A DNA stretch of 64,000 nt from Balanoglossus misakiensis (Eukaryota; Animalia; Hemichordata), in NCBI GenBank assembly GCA_040954595.2, contig CM082576.2, positions 5,244,760-5,308,759 on the forward strand, given 5' to 3'. Position 1 is the first letter of the stretch, and each line of letters starts with the position of its first letter. The notes under the pieces are model-generated. The model saw only the letters and a list, made by a program, of their open reading frames with translations. It made no database searches and was not told the origin of the DNA. Shown here piece by piece: positions 1 to 33,720 of this stretch. Both the position numbers and the translations under genes were made by a program.

Positions 1-109
1 ATCACTTCGTTCTCGTATCAAAGTTACAAAAAACTGCCACAAGAAAAGTATATTTCGCGTCTAAAAAGTTTCATGCAATGCATTAAAATGAAAACACCGT
101 TCCCAACAG

Positions 110-3100
110 CCGCCAACGGCAAAAGTGTGGAAATGAAGACAAGAAAAGAAACCGAAGGAGGAAACAAGAAGTTCTGGATGTTCAACGATGTCCGCGTCTT
201 TACAGCCGTGCTTTTCACCATCTTAGTGGTGTACACCAGCGTCTACTCGTTTACAGTTGCAATTCTAGTGACGCTAGAAAGAAGATATGGGTAAGGGAGA
301 GTTTAGTTAACATTCATACGGTTTTGGTCAAACAACCAAGGCGTAGCACCGCCTCGAATTTCGGGTGACCTGGCTCTCATAAATTTATAGTGTCTACTTT
401 GGTTTGATCCCGTGTTATCAAATGTGGTCCAGGGACTGTTGTTATTGAACGCCCCACTTTTGGACACACTATGCCAGTGTACGACTAATGACTTTTGAAC
501 TAAGTTGACGTCGATATACACTTGATATTTATTTTTTCATATCTGAGCGTAGCTGTAGTATGTTTGAATTGTAATTGGCACAGGTATTGTCATACCAGGT
601 GTATGTAGGTCATCATGGACCATATTTTTTTTAATTTCTAGCCTTCTAGCATTCTTCATTATAATTATAACCATCTTTGCAGACTCACCGCCAAACAGCA
701 GAGTTACATATCAACCGCAAACGGTGTGGCAACAATGTGCACCATTCCCTTCGTTTCTCATTTCCTCGGAAATCCCACCAATCATCGTCCGCGCTGGCTC
801 GGCTTGGGCACCATTCTGATTGGTGCGTCGTATTTGGTTGGCAGTCTGCCGCACTTCCTGTCTGCTCCGTACGCCTATGACAGAGCCGGTAATATTTCGT
901 CACGGGGCCCCGGGGGATCCGGTCTGTGCGGAGCGAGTCCAACCTCGGGCGGAGCCGAAGACTGCGATGTCAGACAGGTTGTGATGTCGGAAGATAACGA
1001 AATGGCTTACAATGTGTTCTTCATCAGTCACATCTGCACCGGAATCGGGTATGGATTCATTGCCACACTGGCATTTTCCTATATTGATGATTTCGCTGGT
1101 CAGAGATCTTCGGTTTATTTAGGTGAGTAAAGTTTAGTCAAGATAGATAGATAGACATGATGATGGGTTGATGGTTGTATGTATTGGATGGACGGAAGGA
1201 GGGAGGGAGGGAGGGAGGGAGGGAGGGAGGGAGGGACGGACAGACAGACAGATCGAATGGTATTTGATCTGTTTTCTGTCAGGTTGTCTAGTATCAGGTT
1301 ATCTTTCGTGTAGCTCGATTCTTGATCCTCAGTGACTTTTAACTTGCACACATACTAAATCATTAAATTTATTCCCCGTTTTCGTTAACTCCATCAGGTA
1401 TGTTAGACGGAACCTGGGGTATTGGTTTACCTGTTGGATTCGCTGCCCTAAGCATGGCCAGTCTCACCATCTACGTCGATTTCAACCGTGTCGACATGGC
1501 CGACATAAATATCGACGAATCCGATCCCCGATGGATCGGGGCGTGGTGGGTTGTCGGAATGGTAGGAGGACCGATAATCATTTTGTTGTCCGTTCCTCTG
1601 TTTTTCTTTCCAAAGAGGCTATCCATTGAACAGATTGAGAAGCGAGAAGATGAAACAAATACTGGTGGTGATGATGATGATGATGGTGATGATGATAATG
1701 CAGAGATCAAGCAAGTGTATTCAAAGAGAAAAATGATCCTTTACAGTGTAAAAGGTGAGTGAGTGAGTGAGTGAGTGAGTGAGTGTGCGTGCGTGCGTGT
1801 GTTTGAGGGAGATTTTAAAAAAAACACCAAAATATTTCTCGGTATGCTTTCGACAACTGCTAGCTGGGTTTGTTCACCATTTTTACTTTTGATGTCATCA
1901 TGAAGGCTTAGACTAAGGGTATGCCATCCAAAATGTTCAGAGAGTGATGACGAATATGTAGTAATATTCCATGTCATTATAGAAAGATCTCTTTTACAAT
2001 GTATATTTATCGGTAACGACATGGTCAATGTTTGTCATTCATGTGAGAATTCATATTTTTTCAGGATTTTTCTTGGCAACCTGGAGACTGCTACGAAATC
2101 CAGTTTTTATGCTTGTATCGCTGGCATACACGATCAACAGCCCGTTCGCGTTTGGTCTGTTCATGCCCAAATACATCCAGAAAGACCTGGGATATACTTT
2201 AGCTACGGCAAACTTAATAACCGGTATGTTGTTATGATTGAATCAGATCCTTCATTGAACATGTGGTACAGGAGACTGAGCTAAGAGAACGGACGTTATG
2301 GGGGTACATGTAGTATATGTTTTACTAGACTCTCTCACAGCCCCTCTCGTCGTCCATGCAGGCGTATTAGTTCGCTACACAACACCAAACGGTGCTTCTC
2401 CCTTGCCAAACGGTTGAGGGCGCGTCAGTGAAGAGCCTTGAGCGAATCGAATTGGAGCGAATCGTGGGCTGTGAGAGAGTCTAATGTTTTACATAAAATC
2501 ATTTCTTTATTTTAAGGACTTCTGTGGCTATTTCCCAACTTTCCAATGGCAATATTTCTTGGATGGATGATGAAGAAATTTAAGATAACAGTATTTGGTT
2601 TAGTGAAGCTTCTTATCGCCTTTGTGACCGTGATAATTATCACTAACGGTTCGGTTATTGCACTGCCATGTGAAGGACCTCACCTCGTTGGATCAAGGTA
2701 GATTAAAAACTCATATTATTCACATGGATGTCATTTAACCACGTGTATATGCAACGCTGGAACTGAATAGCCAAACATCCAGAGCTGCTATACAACGTTC
2801 AATTTCGTAAGCTTGGTTTTGATTGGCCAGTTCTTTTATCAATGCGCTCTTCAAACAGGTGTACAGTATGTGCGTGTGAGTATTGTCATCTTTGACGATA
2901 GGCCACCGGGGGCGCTGCCAATTAACACCAGATCCACTGAATTAGCGCTCATTGTGAAATAACTTATACTTTGCATGAGAACAGCGCTCATTATAAGTGG
3001 CCAATCATTGGCCTTTATACAGGGAGTGTGCCATTTATCAGCGAAAAATGGCGTTCGGGATTTTAATTTGGATAACATTTCAGTAAAACCTCCTATGACC

Positions 3101-5183
3101 TCTATGAGACAGTCTCAAGGCAGAAATGTCATTCTGACACTTCATTCCCAGTCTGCGCACCAACCCTACTGCCAGCGCTCTGAGGAAAGAACTGGCGCAG
3201 CCTATAGCCGCCCCCGGCCCTCTATACTAGTATATTATTATTGGCGGGAAATTATGCACGTCAAAGTCATTCATTTCCCCTTGAATTTTTCAGATCAGAG
3301 GAAAACATGGTTGTTGGCTGCAACTCTGGGTGTGATTGCGAACTGGATCACTATCAACCCGTGTGTGGATCAAACGGTTTGAACTATTACTCTCCTTGTT
3401 ATGCGGGATGCTCTACTTCTATAAGCGATAAGGTGTGTAGGAGATATCATACTAGACACAACACGTGAGCATAAAATCTACTGGATTTACATGTTTATGC
3501 AGTGAATGTCTATCCACAAAGGGGAAATGCGCTAATAATAGGTTACGAGTTGAATGAGAAGTTGTATGTCCACGTTGTTATCACTACGCTCTTCAGGTAA
3601 TAATAACAATACTTTGTCCCCTGATCTTCTTAGAATTTCACCGACTGTCCCTGTATCAACTCCACACATCCCGCGGATACGTTTGCTCAAGATGGGCTGT
3701 GTCCAATACCGAGTTGTCAATATTTCGTGGCGTTTATGGTCCTCTTGACAGTGTTTTCTCTGTGCAACAGTGGCATGAGTCTGCCAACCACCATGACAGT
3801 AGTCAGGTCGGTATCTCCAGTGACGTCATGACAGTTATCGCTGCGAGTTATTTCTGGGCTGTCGTTTGGAAAGCGTGACAAGTAGCAGACTAATTATGTG
3901 TTACACAAGATTTAATCGAATTAGTGGTCACTGTAACAACTAGATCGGAAAACTAGACCATCAGGGAGACCGTATAGCTATTTTCAGTGGATTGAATATT
4001 TTTTGCAGGTCTGTGGACAAAGAACAGAAGTCATTTGCGCTTGGATTGAAACATGTTATATCATCGCTGTGTAAGTATGATGTTGGTGTTCTCTCCTTCG
4101 AAATTTATATGCATGTGTATACATGGATGCCAATCATAGTGCAAAATTGTGGTGGCACTGTATTGACATATGTAATTCTTTGTGCGACAGTTCGTGTTCC
4201 AGCGACTATGGTCGCCGGGGCGGTGATCGACTACACCTGCATCGTGTGGCGGGAAGAGTGCGGCGAGAGAGGAGCATGCGCACAGTACGACAACATGCTG
4301 TATCGTGTGTTGATATTGTCGATGACTGCTGGGCTGAGTGTTGTATCGTTGACGTTGCTGTTAGTCGCACTGACCATTCTGATACGGAGACGAAAACGAC
4401 AGGGAGGGCAAGATTTGCACAGTGACTCACACACCGGAACTAATGGTAGTCTTCAACTCAAAGATGTGGTAGGTTCTACTTTGGTATTGTCGGTATATTC
4501 TGTATTATAACACACCATGCAGCGAACCCTCGATCGTGATTCGTCAATACGACGTCACGTGACCTTAGTCATTTCGAACTGTTGCCTTGGGCATCAGTTC
4601 GATCGGTTTGGTGTGTTATAAAACACATGATGGCTGACATATTCGGGCAACAGTGTATTTTTAATGACCTCGGGACTGCCAGTCACACCAAAACAGTCTG
4701 TTTTCCCTCGGGCTATGCCCTCGGGAAAACAAGACTGTTTTAGTTGTGACTAGCAGCACCCTCGGTCATCAAAATACACTGTTGCCCTCATTGTCAGTCA
4801 TCATGTGTATACTGTGGGCCCGTATAGACTTTTAAACGTATCACCAAAATGACTGAATGGATGGATGGATGGATGGATGGATGTATGAATGAATGAATGA
4901 ATGAATGAATGAATGAATGAAGGAAGGAAGGAAGGAAGGAATGAAGGAATGTGTATGTGTGCATGTATGTACACCATGTATGTATATACTTTCCTAACTG
5001 ATGTAAAATTCATAAACTCGGTACGTCTTGATTCCACATTTTACATGCGTGTATTTTCTATGACCATGTACTGTAATGATCTAAATTTGACCTATGAGAT
5101 CTTACAATGTACTTCACACTCGTTGTACTTCACAGGGAGCCGGGAGCGACAACCAGAGTTTCAAGCAAACCCCTACTGACTGA
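110..5183 (+). CDS. SLCO: Organic anion transporting polypeptide (SLCO/OATP family), paralogue 1; 5'-partial, 10 visible coding exons
   Basis: GT-AG exons 110-290, 683-1122, 1398-1754, 2065-2223, 2517-2697, 3294-3432, 3634-3806, 4009-4070, 4191-4468, 5136-5183(TGA) join in frame. Motifs: TLERRYG, HRPRWLG, YIDD, OATP signature DPRWIGAWW, Kazal-like [45 protein letters not shown] 40-bp exon 1, as in the other two paralogues, is inferred upstream of the window. The subfamily cannot be assigned by eye. Confidence 0.93.
1195..1251. repeat. (GGAG)n/(GACA)n simple repeat, intronic
   Basis: Run of ggagggaggg...gacagacaga read directly. Confidence 0.8.
1755..1802. repeat. (GAGT)n-(GCGT)n microsatellite beginning at a splice donor
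   Basis: gtgagtgagtgagt... starts at the donor after exon 1398-1754. Confidence 0.85.
2326..2483. mobile_element. 158-bp MITE with 18-bp terminal inverted repeats and 9-bp target-site duplication
   Basis: TIRs TAGACTCTCTCACAGCCC (2326-2343) and GGGCTGTGAGAGAGTCTA (2466-2483). Direct repeat ATGTTTTAC at 2317-2325 and 2484-2492. Confidence 0.9.
4624..4808. mobile_element. ~185-bp imperfect palindromic (foldback/MITE-like) element in last intron of paralogue 1
   Basis: cacatgatggctgaca..gggcaacagtgtatttt..agtcacaccaaaacagtctgttttccctcgggc is mirrored by gccctcgggaaaacaagactgtttt..gtgact..aaaatacactgttgccc..tgtcagtcatcatgtg. Confidence 0.75.
4855..4948. repeat. Compound (GGAT)n(GAAT)n(GGAA)n microsatellite
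   Basis: Read directly. Confidence 0.9.
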
Positions 5184-6859
5184 AATCCCACATGCCATAT
5201 GATTAGAAATATGTTCTAAAGAGAAACGAACCCCTATGCTATTGAATTAGTTTTAATATTCTGTGATACCATTTAGTATATTAGCATCGGGCTTAGCCAC
5301 AGACCCCGGAGTCAGGGGCTGTGGTGTTGCGAGGTTATTTTCGTACACGTGAACAATTTAAGAAGTCAAAATTAAATGTATTGAAAATCGAGTTTTGTAA
5401 TTTTAGTTTTAAACTAAAATTAGGCCCTATTACTTATTGAAGAGTATGTGTAAATTTATAAGGTGTGAAGTTGCCCGCATATAGTTGACTTTCTCACGCT
5501 CACAATGATAACATTTGCAATATTCCCTTAAAACGTGAAATCACTTTTTGAGGAGTGTGACAGTACCATTCCTGTTAGTACCTGTGTATTGCGATATCAG
5601 GCGATGCGAATCCCGGCATATGATATATGTCACCAAATGTGACATATATCACGTCACACAGACGTCCGCCTCTTTATTACCTACGTTGAATCGCGTGCAG
5701 CGACTGTGCTTAACCCCTGAACCCATAGATTAGGTCGTTTAGTTTTACCATAGACCCTTGAGATTATATAACCACGTGCAATTCGTTTCAAAGGAGACTG
5801 TCATAAACAACCTTGGTGAGGCGTTGACCCACCTTAAATGAACCTTTTATTTGGCATAATCCGCCAGGGCTTGTCACCTCTGACAAACAGATTGAAGATG
5901 TATGGCCTTGAGGCAAAAATTTGCCGACAAGGACGATGGCCGGTCTCTGACGCCAGACATCACAAGTTTGAGATTATAATAATATATGTCGAGCTTGTTA
6001 GTTAATATCCTTTAGACAACACCTGACGAGAAAACGTGGAATTTGCTTCAGATATTCATGTGACAGCTTTAGCAATAGTGCTTAGTGATACACACGCTTG
6101 AATTTAGTATTTTGTACATTTTTTCTCGATGACCGACTGTGCTACTATGTATACGTGTTAGACAGGATACTGGTTCGTCTGTGGTGGTTCATTGTCTTCG
6201 AACATGGAACTTTCCAAAGTCTGGGATAAGTTTTCGCCACCTTTCGACTAGCATGACATCGCAGCCTACAGAGACGTCACGTTGTATTGATGGCTGATAA
6301 GATACGATAAAATTTTATACAACCGCATTGGCTTCCAAACAATACATTGACCTACAAAAGCAATATTTCATCGGACGAAGGCTGAAGAACAATATCGTTC
6401 ACAAATTTGCATACGCTTATAAGTTTCTCTGACCTCGTCTTTAACCTCAACTCAAATATTCGAGAAATTTTGACATGTTAAAAAGAATCTGTGTGAAAAA
6501 GGAGTGATTTGCGTCAGTTTTATTCACACAAAGTGAACTTCTTTACTAGCAAGATAAGGTTTATTGACAAAATACCACATGATCTAAAATGATACATCTT
6601 AAAAACTGAATTATGATGCGAAGACAAGTAAACTGTGGTGTGTAAGTTTTTTTTAGCAAGATGACCTATTGACCATTCTAAACGAACGATAGTTCTTGGT
6701 TGATTTATAGTCTGGTCTTGTGGGTTTGCAAAACACTTAGTGTGTTTTTTCATCTGTAGCTGAGAAAGTCACTTCAGTAGTGTTCCGCCCACTGAGCTTC
6801 AAACTACAAAGCATTCTCACTTCAACCGTCTCCCACACTCGTTCTGATTCAAGGCAGCC

Positions 6860-29172
<22,313 letters not shown>

Positions 29173-30166
29173 TATGCTGCATAACACCAATCTAACGAGA
29201 AACCTTGAGGGGAAAAATTGTGGCACAGTCTAGACTCGTTCGTTGATCTAACATTTCCAAAGATTTATGGTTTCTAGTAATCTTCTGCTTTACCCCTGTC
29301 ACATAAACACCAAATAGGCCTATTTTAATTATATCAAATCATTTTTTTTTAAATAATAGAAAAAAATGTAATGGGTAAGAATTTAATTGTTTTTTAGTAA
29401 AAGTATATAATGCATTATTCAGAAAATATTACGTAAATGAAATACAATATTGTTTTGTCCTGTTGTCATCCAATCACTGATGAACTGATATAAATGTGAT
29501 TACTATTCATTGTTGAGGGAGAGAATTGCTTTGGTTGCTGTTGGAATCTCTGCAAGGGCTGAATGTGTATATCTTTTGGCAGAATGGTGCTTCGTCGCGA
29601 CTCCACAATGTCAGCTTTGATTGTTTTATAATGATCTTGAATTTCAGTTCTTATACTGTTTAGTAGCTAGGTGACTTTTGACAATGCTTTGTATAGGGAG
29701 AATGCTACAATAAAAGCGGTTGGTCTTTTTGATACACAGTACTCTCCGCATATAAACTAATATCATATCTCGAATGTCTCGTTATTTCTCACCGATCCAT
29801 GTTCAATATAGATTACATGATTAATATTACACATGCAGATTAAATGGCCCAACCGGCAATTACTACCGCCCTCTACGTCGCTGGACATGGGAACTGGAAA
29901 TTCTGATGTGCCCCCATAGCTTACTCTGGTTTAGAAACGTGTGCTCATGCCTTATCTGATGGTATTTTCTTTAAACTTGAGAAAAAAACTCACGGGGGAA
30001 AAGGCATCACAATAAATGCATTATACCAATGCCCAAGCTGCAATTAACGATCCTTCGCGTGATGACGGTTGACCGCCAATCTAAGCCACCATTGTCAACT
30101 TGCACAAGGCTTGCATGACGATTAATGACTCTTTGGGCTCGTCATAATATACGATTTTACACCACA

Positions 30167-30297
30167 CACATCTCCAGCTTTGATTCCACGTAGCATACGA
30201 GGTTACCATGGTGCGCTCATTTCAAATTACCGTAGAAATTGACAGCAACGTCGACGTTTCCGTCACTGAAAGCCTCTTGACCAATTTGCAGCAGTTT
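30167..30297 (+). repeat. 131-bp direct repeat, left copy
   Basis: cacatctccagctttgattcca...ccaatttgcagcagttt matches 35858-35988 with 3 mismatches by eye. Confidence 0.95.
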
Positions 30298-31974
30298 TTG
30301 ATAAAAATCATGGTTTTTGAGGATTTTGCGAACTTCCTTTGTGTGCGTTTTCAATTCCGTTGCGTCGTGTTTGATGTACTAAGCTGTTGCTGTGATGTAT
30401 TGTGTTGTCCTGTGCTGTGATCAAATTGATAAAAACAAGGAAAAGTCACCCACCTTGCTAATTGTCTGGATCACTTCCGAGCAAAATTGGCCACATCTTC
30501 AACTATCGGGATCACTTCAAAGTCAATCAGCCGTGGGACTAAATGTTATCCTGCAATGGGTCGATTTAATTTGCACTTCGCCAAATGGTGTTCCGGCTGG
30601 ATTACTTAGACAACTTTTTGTTTTGCATTTCTGACATGAAATGGATTTCTGTGGGGTTGAAATGTTCTTATAACAATGCATTAATTAGTTTTAGATTTAC
30701 TTCATGCTATTTCCCTGTGCTTCCGCCGATTCAAAATGGCGGCGTTTGAATAATGAATGGCTCTAATGAAGTGGTGTCACGGTAGTGATGAATATTATGG
30801 CGCCCTCAGCGACGTACGCCGAAGTCCCCCACCCATCGCTTCCTATTGAAATCACTAATTAGGATTAGGAGGTCAGACACTTGGATGCTTTGTGGGGGGA
30901 GGGTTGGGAACCTGATCAACCATCAAGTCGGGGAAAAAATTTTAGCTGCGTTCATACTGTTGTATTGATACATCTAAACTTTGGGGGACACGGGATGCAA
31001 CAGACTTTGCTACAAATTAAGTTTGATCTTACACGTTTCAATTATCTCAACATCAAGGTAGTGCTGGGGTAATAAAATGATACAGACACAAGTATTTCAT
31101 TTCAATCTAGTTCATTGAAAGTTTTTATTTCAAAGTTACCATCTCCAGCCAATAAAAACAAAACATTTCTGAAATCAATTAAATTCCAAAATATACACAT
31201 GGTGGCTAGTGACAATTATCTAAAGTTTTCTTGAGCAGAATTTTAAACGTTCGTGACAGAATTTCAAAGTACAGTAAACATCAAAGGGAAATACTATTTA
31301 TCATTAGATGTTAGGTGGTCACTGCAGACTGCCAGGTAACAGTTACTGCTGCATCGCGGATAATGGACACTTCGTCCTCGGCTTGGTTGTCGGATACCCA
31401 TCTGGTATTTGAATCTGCAAAACAAGCAAAGTAGAAATGACTATTTGGCAACTTGATTAAATTTTACTGCAACAACGATAGAGATCTGCCCAAGTTTATA
31501 ATTGTACTTGGTTAAACTGACGACTCCTGGACATTGTGAACGAACACACCCCACCCACACCCCCTAACCATGTATTGTCTCCGTCATTGCTTCAATTTTC
31601 TTTCTCACAATTCTTACCTTCCCACAACCATTCAGTAAGCTCAGGACATCAATCACACAGGCTGGCAATCATCTTAGCATCATCTATGGGATCCCTGGAA
31701 TAAATGAAAATTATGTAAATGGGGTGTCTCCTACAAAGATGGCGGACATGTTTGTGTCATAACAAAATGGCCACCCCATGCATCTGGCAATCAGATCGGT
31801 GTTCAAACATTGAATTGACATCCACGTGTAGTACCGGGTCCATATTGTTACATGCAGGTTTGTGCAAAAATCAGTTCGCTTGACTGGGTAACGGCACCAG
31901 TCTGAATAGAAAAAAAAAATCAAAATGGCCGCCATGAATCGCTTGTCAAACCTTGCTTGAAACCTCTGGTCTTC

Positions 31975-32400
31975 GTTCAGCCATTGAACATACTGCCCTT
32001 ACCGCACTCAGCTATACTGCTGCATTCAATACCATTATGAGTTGATCTCGTCCCTGCATCTACAAAACAATGAAACGAAGTGAATGTCGGTGATATTCAT
32101 GATCGTTCAGCCATGATTGAACATACTGCCCTTACCTCACCTCACCCAGCTATACTTCTGCATGGGGAAAATAACTAGTCACTTGGGCCCCAGCTTGGTT
32201 GATGAATACCATTATCCATTAATCTCGTCTCTGGATCTGCAAAACAAGCAAATGAAGTGAGTGTCTAATATTCATGATCGTTCAGCCATGGAACATACCT
32301 GACCTTACACCTCACCCAGCTATACCGCTACATGGCGAGCAAACTCTGGTCTCTGCATCTGCAAAACAAGGAAATAAAGTTAATATCTATGACAAATCTA
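31975..32400. repeat. Three diverged 130-175 bp tandem modules
   Basis: cgttcagccat..gaacatac..cttac..cagctatac..tct(g/a)caaaacaa..gaagt recurs three times; a partial fourth lies near 33755. Confidence 0.75.
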
Positions 32401-32579
32401 AAACAATAGAAAGTAAATACACACGAAGATAATAGGTGCAAAATAAACCACTTTGATTATACAAGTGTATGTTTCGATAACATTTTACTGATTGGAATCG
32501 TGGTAAAGATTACAAATCTCAACAAAAACCTGGAAAGTAAACTTATTTACCATAAAAACAGACTAACAGAGACATAGAC

Positions 32580-33720
32580 ACAAGCGAAGATGATCGGTAC
32601 GGAAATAAACTACTCAGTATTACGAGTGCGTGCATGTTTTTAATTTTTTTATTGAATAATGACGAAAGATTACAATCTCAAAAAACCTGCATTAACTATA
32701 TACGTGAGGGGAAGATGATCGGTACGGAAATAAACCACTCTCAGTATTATGAGTGCGTGCATGTTTTTTTTTTTTTATTATTGAATAATGACGAAAGATA
32801 ACATATCTCAAGAAACCTGCATTAACTATATACGTGAGGGGAAGATGATCGGTACGGAAATAAACCACTCTCAGTATTATGAGTGCGTGCATGTTTTTAT
32901 TTTTTTTATTGAATAATGACGAAAGATAACATATCTCAAGAAACCTGCATTAACTATATACGTGAGGGGAAGATGATCGGTACGGAAATAAACCACTCTC
33001 AGTATTACGAGTGCGTGCATGTTTTTATTTTTTTATTGAATAATGACGAAAGATAACATATCTAAAAAAACTGTATTATCTATATACGCGACGGGAAGAT
33101 GATCGGTACGGAAATAAACCACTCTCAGAATTATGAGTGCGTGCATGTGTTTATTTTTTTTTTATTGAATAATGACGAAAGATAACATATCTCAAGAAAC
33201 CTGCATTAACTATATACGTGGGGGGAAGATGATCGGTACGGAAATAAACCACTCTCAGTATTATGAGTGCGTGCATGTTTTTTTTTTTTTTTATTGAATA
33301 ATGACGAAAGATAACATATCTCAAGAAACCTGCATTAACTATATACGTGAGGGGAAGATGATCGGTACGGAAATAAACCACTCTCAGTATTATGAGTGCG
33401 TGCACGTTTTTATTTTTTTATTGAATAATGACGAAATATAACATATCTCAAAAAACTTGTATTAAGTATTAACTGACGGTCTGAGCGATGGGACCCACCC
33501 GCCCCGGGGATTTTATTTATGTCTACATCAGCGACGCGACGGGAAGATGATCGGTACGGAAATAAACTACAAGTATTATGAGTGCGTGAATGTTTTTAAT
33601 TTTTTTTTTATTGAATAATGACGAAAGATAACATATCTCAAAAAACGTGTATTAAGTATTAACTGACGGTCTGAGGGATGGGACCCACCCGCACCGGGGG
33701 TTTTATTTATGTCTATAACT
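32580..33720. repeat. ~128-bp tandem repeat, about 8 copies
   Basis: gatgatcggtacggaaataaac recurs at ~32589, 32714, 32844, 32972, 33098, 33228, 33357 and 33546; unit length varies mainly in a poly-T tract. Confidence 0.95.

Noticed and set aside
73-109. ATG at 73 or 88 as the start of paralogue 1
   Set aside because: A phase-1 acceptor at 108-109 matches exon 2 of the other paralogues, which have a separate 40-bp first coding exon; the true start is probably upstream of the window.
32580-33720. Repeat-spacer array
   Set aside because: The whole unit is repeated; variation is limited to poly-T length and point changes.
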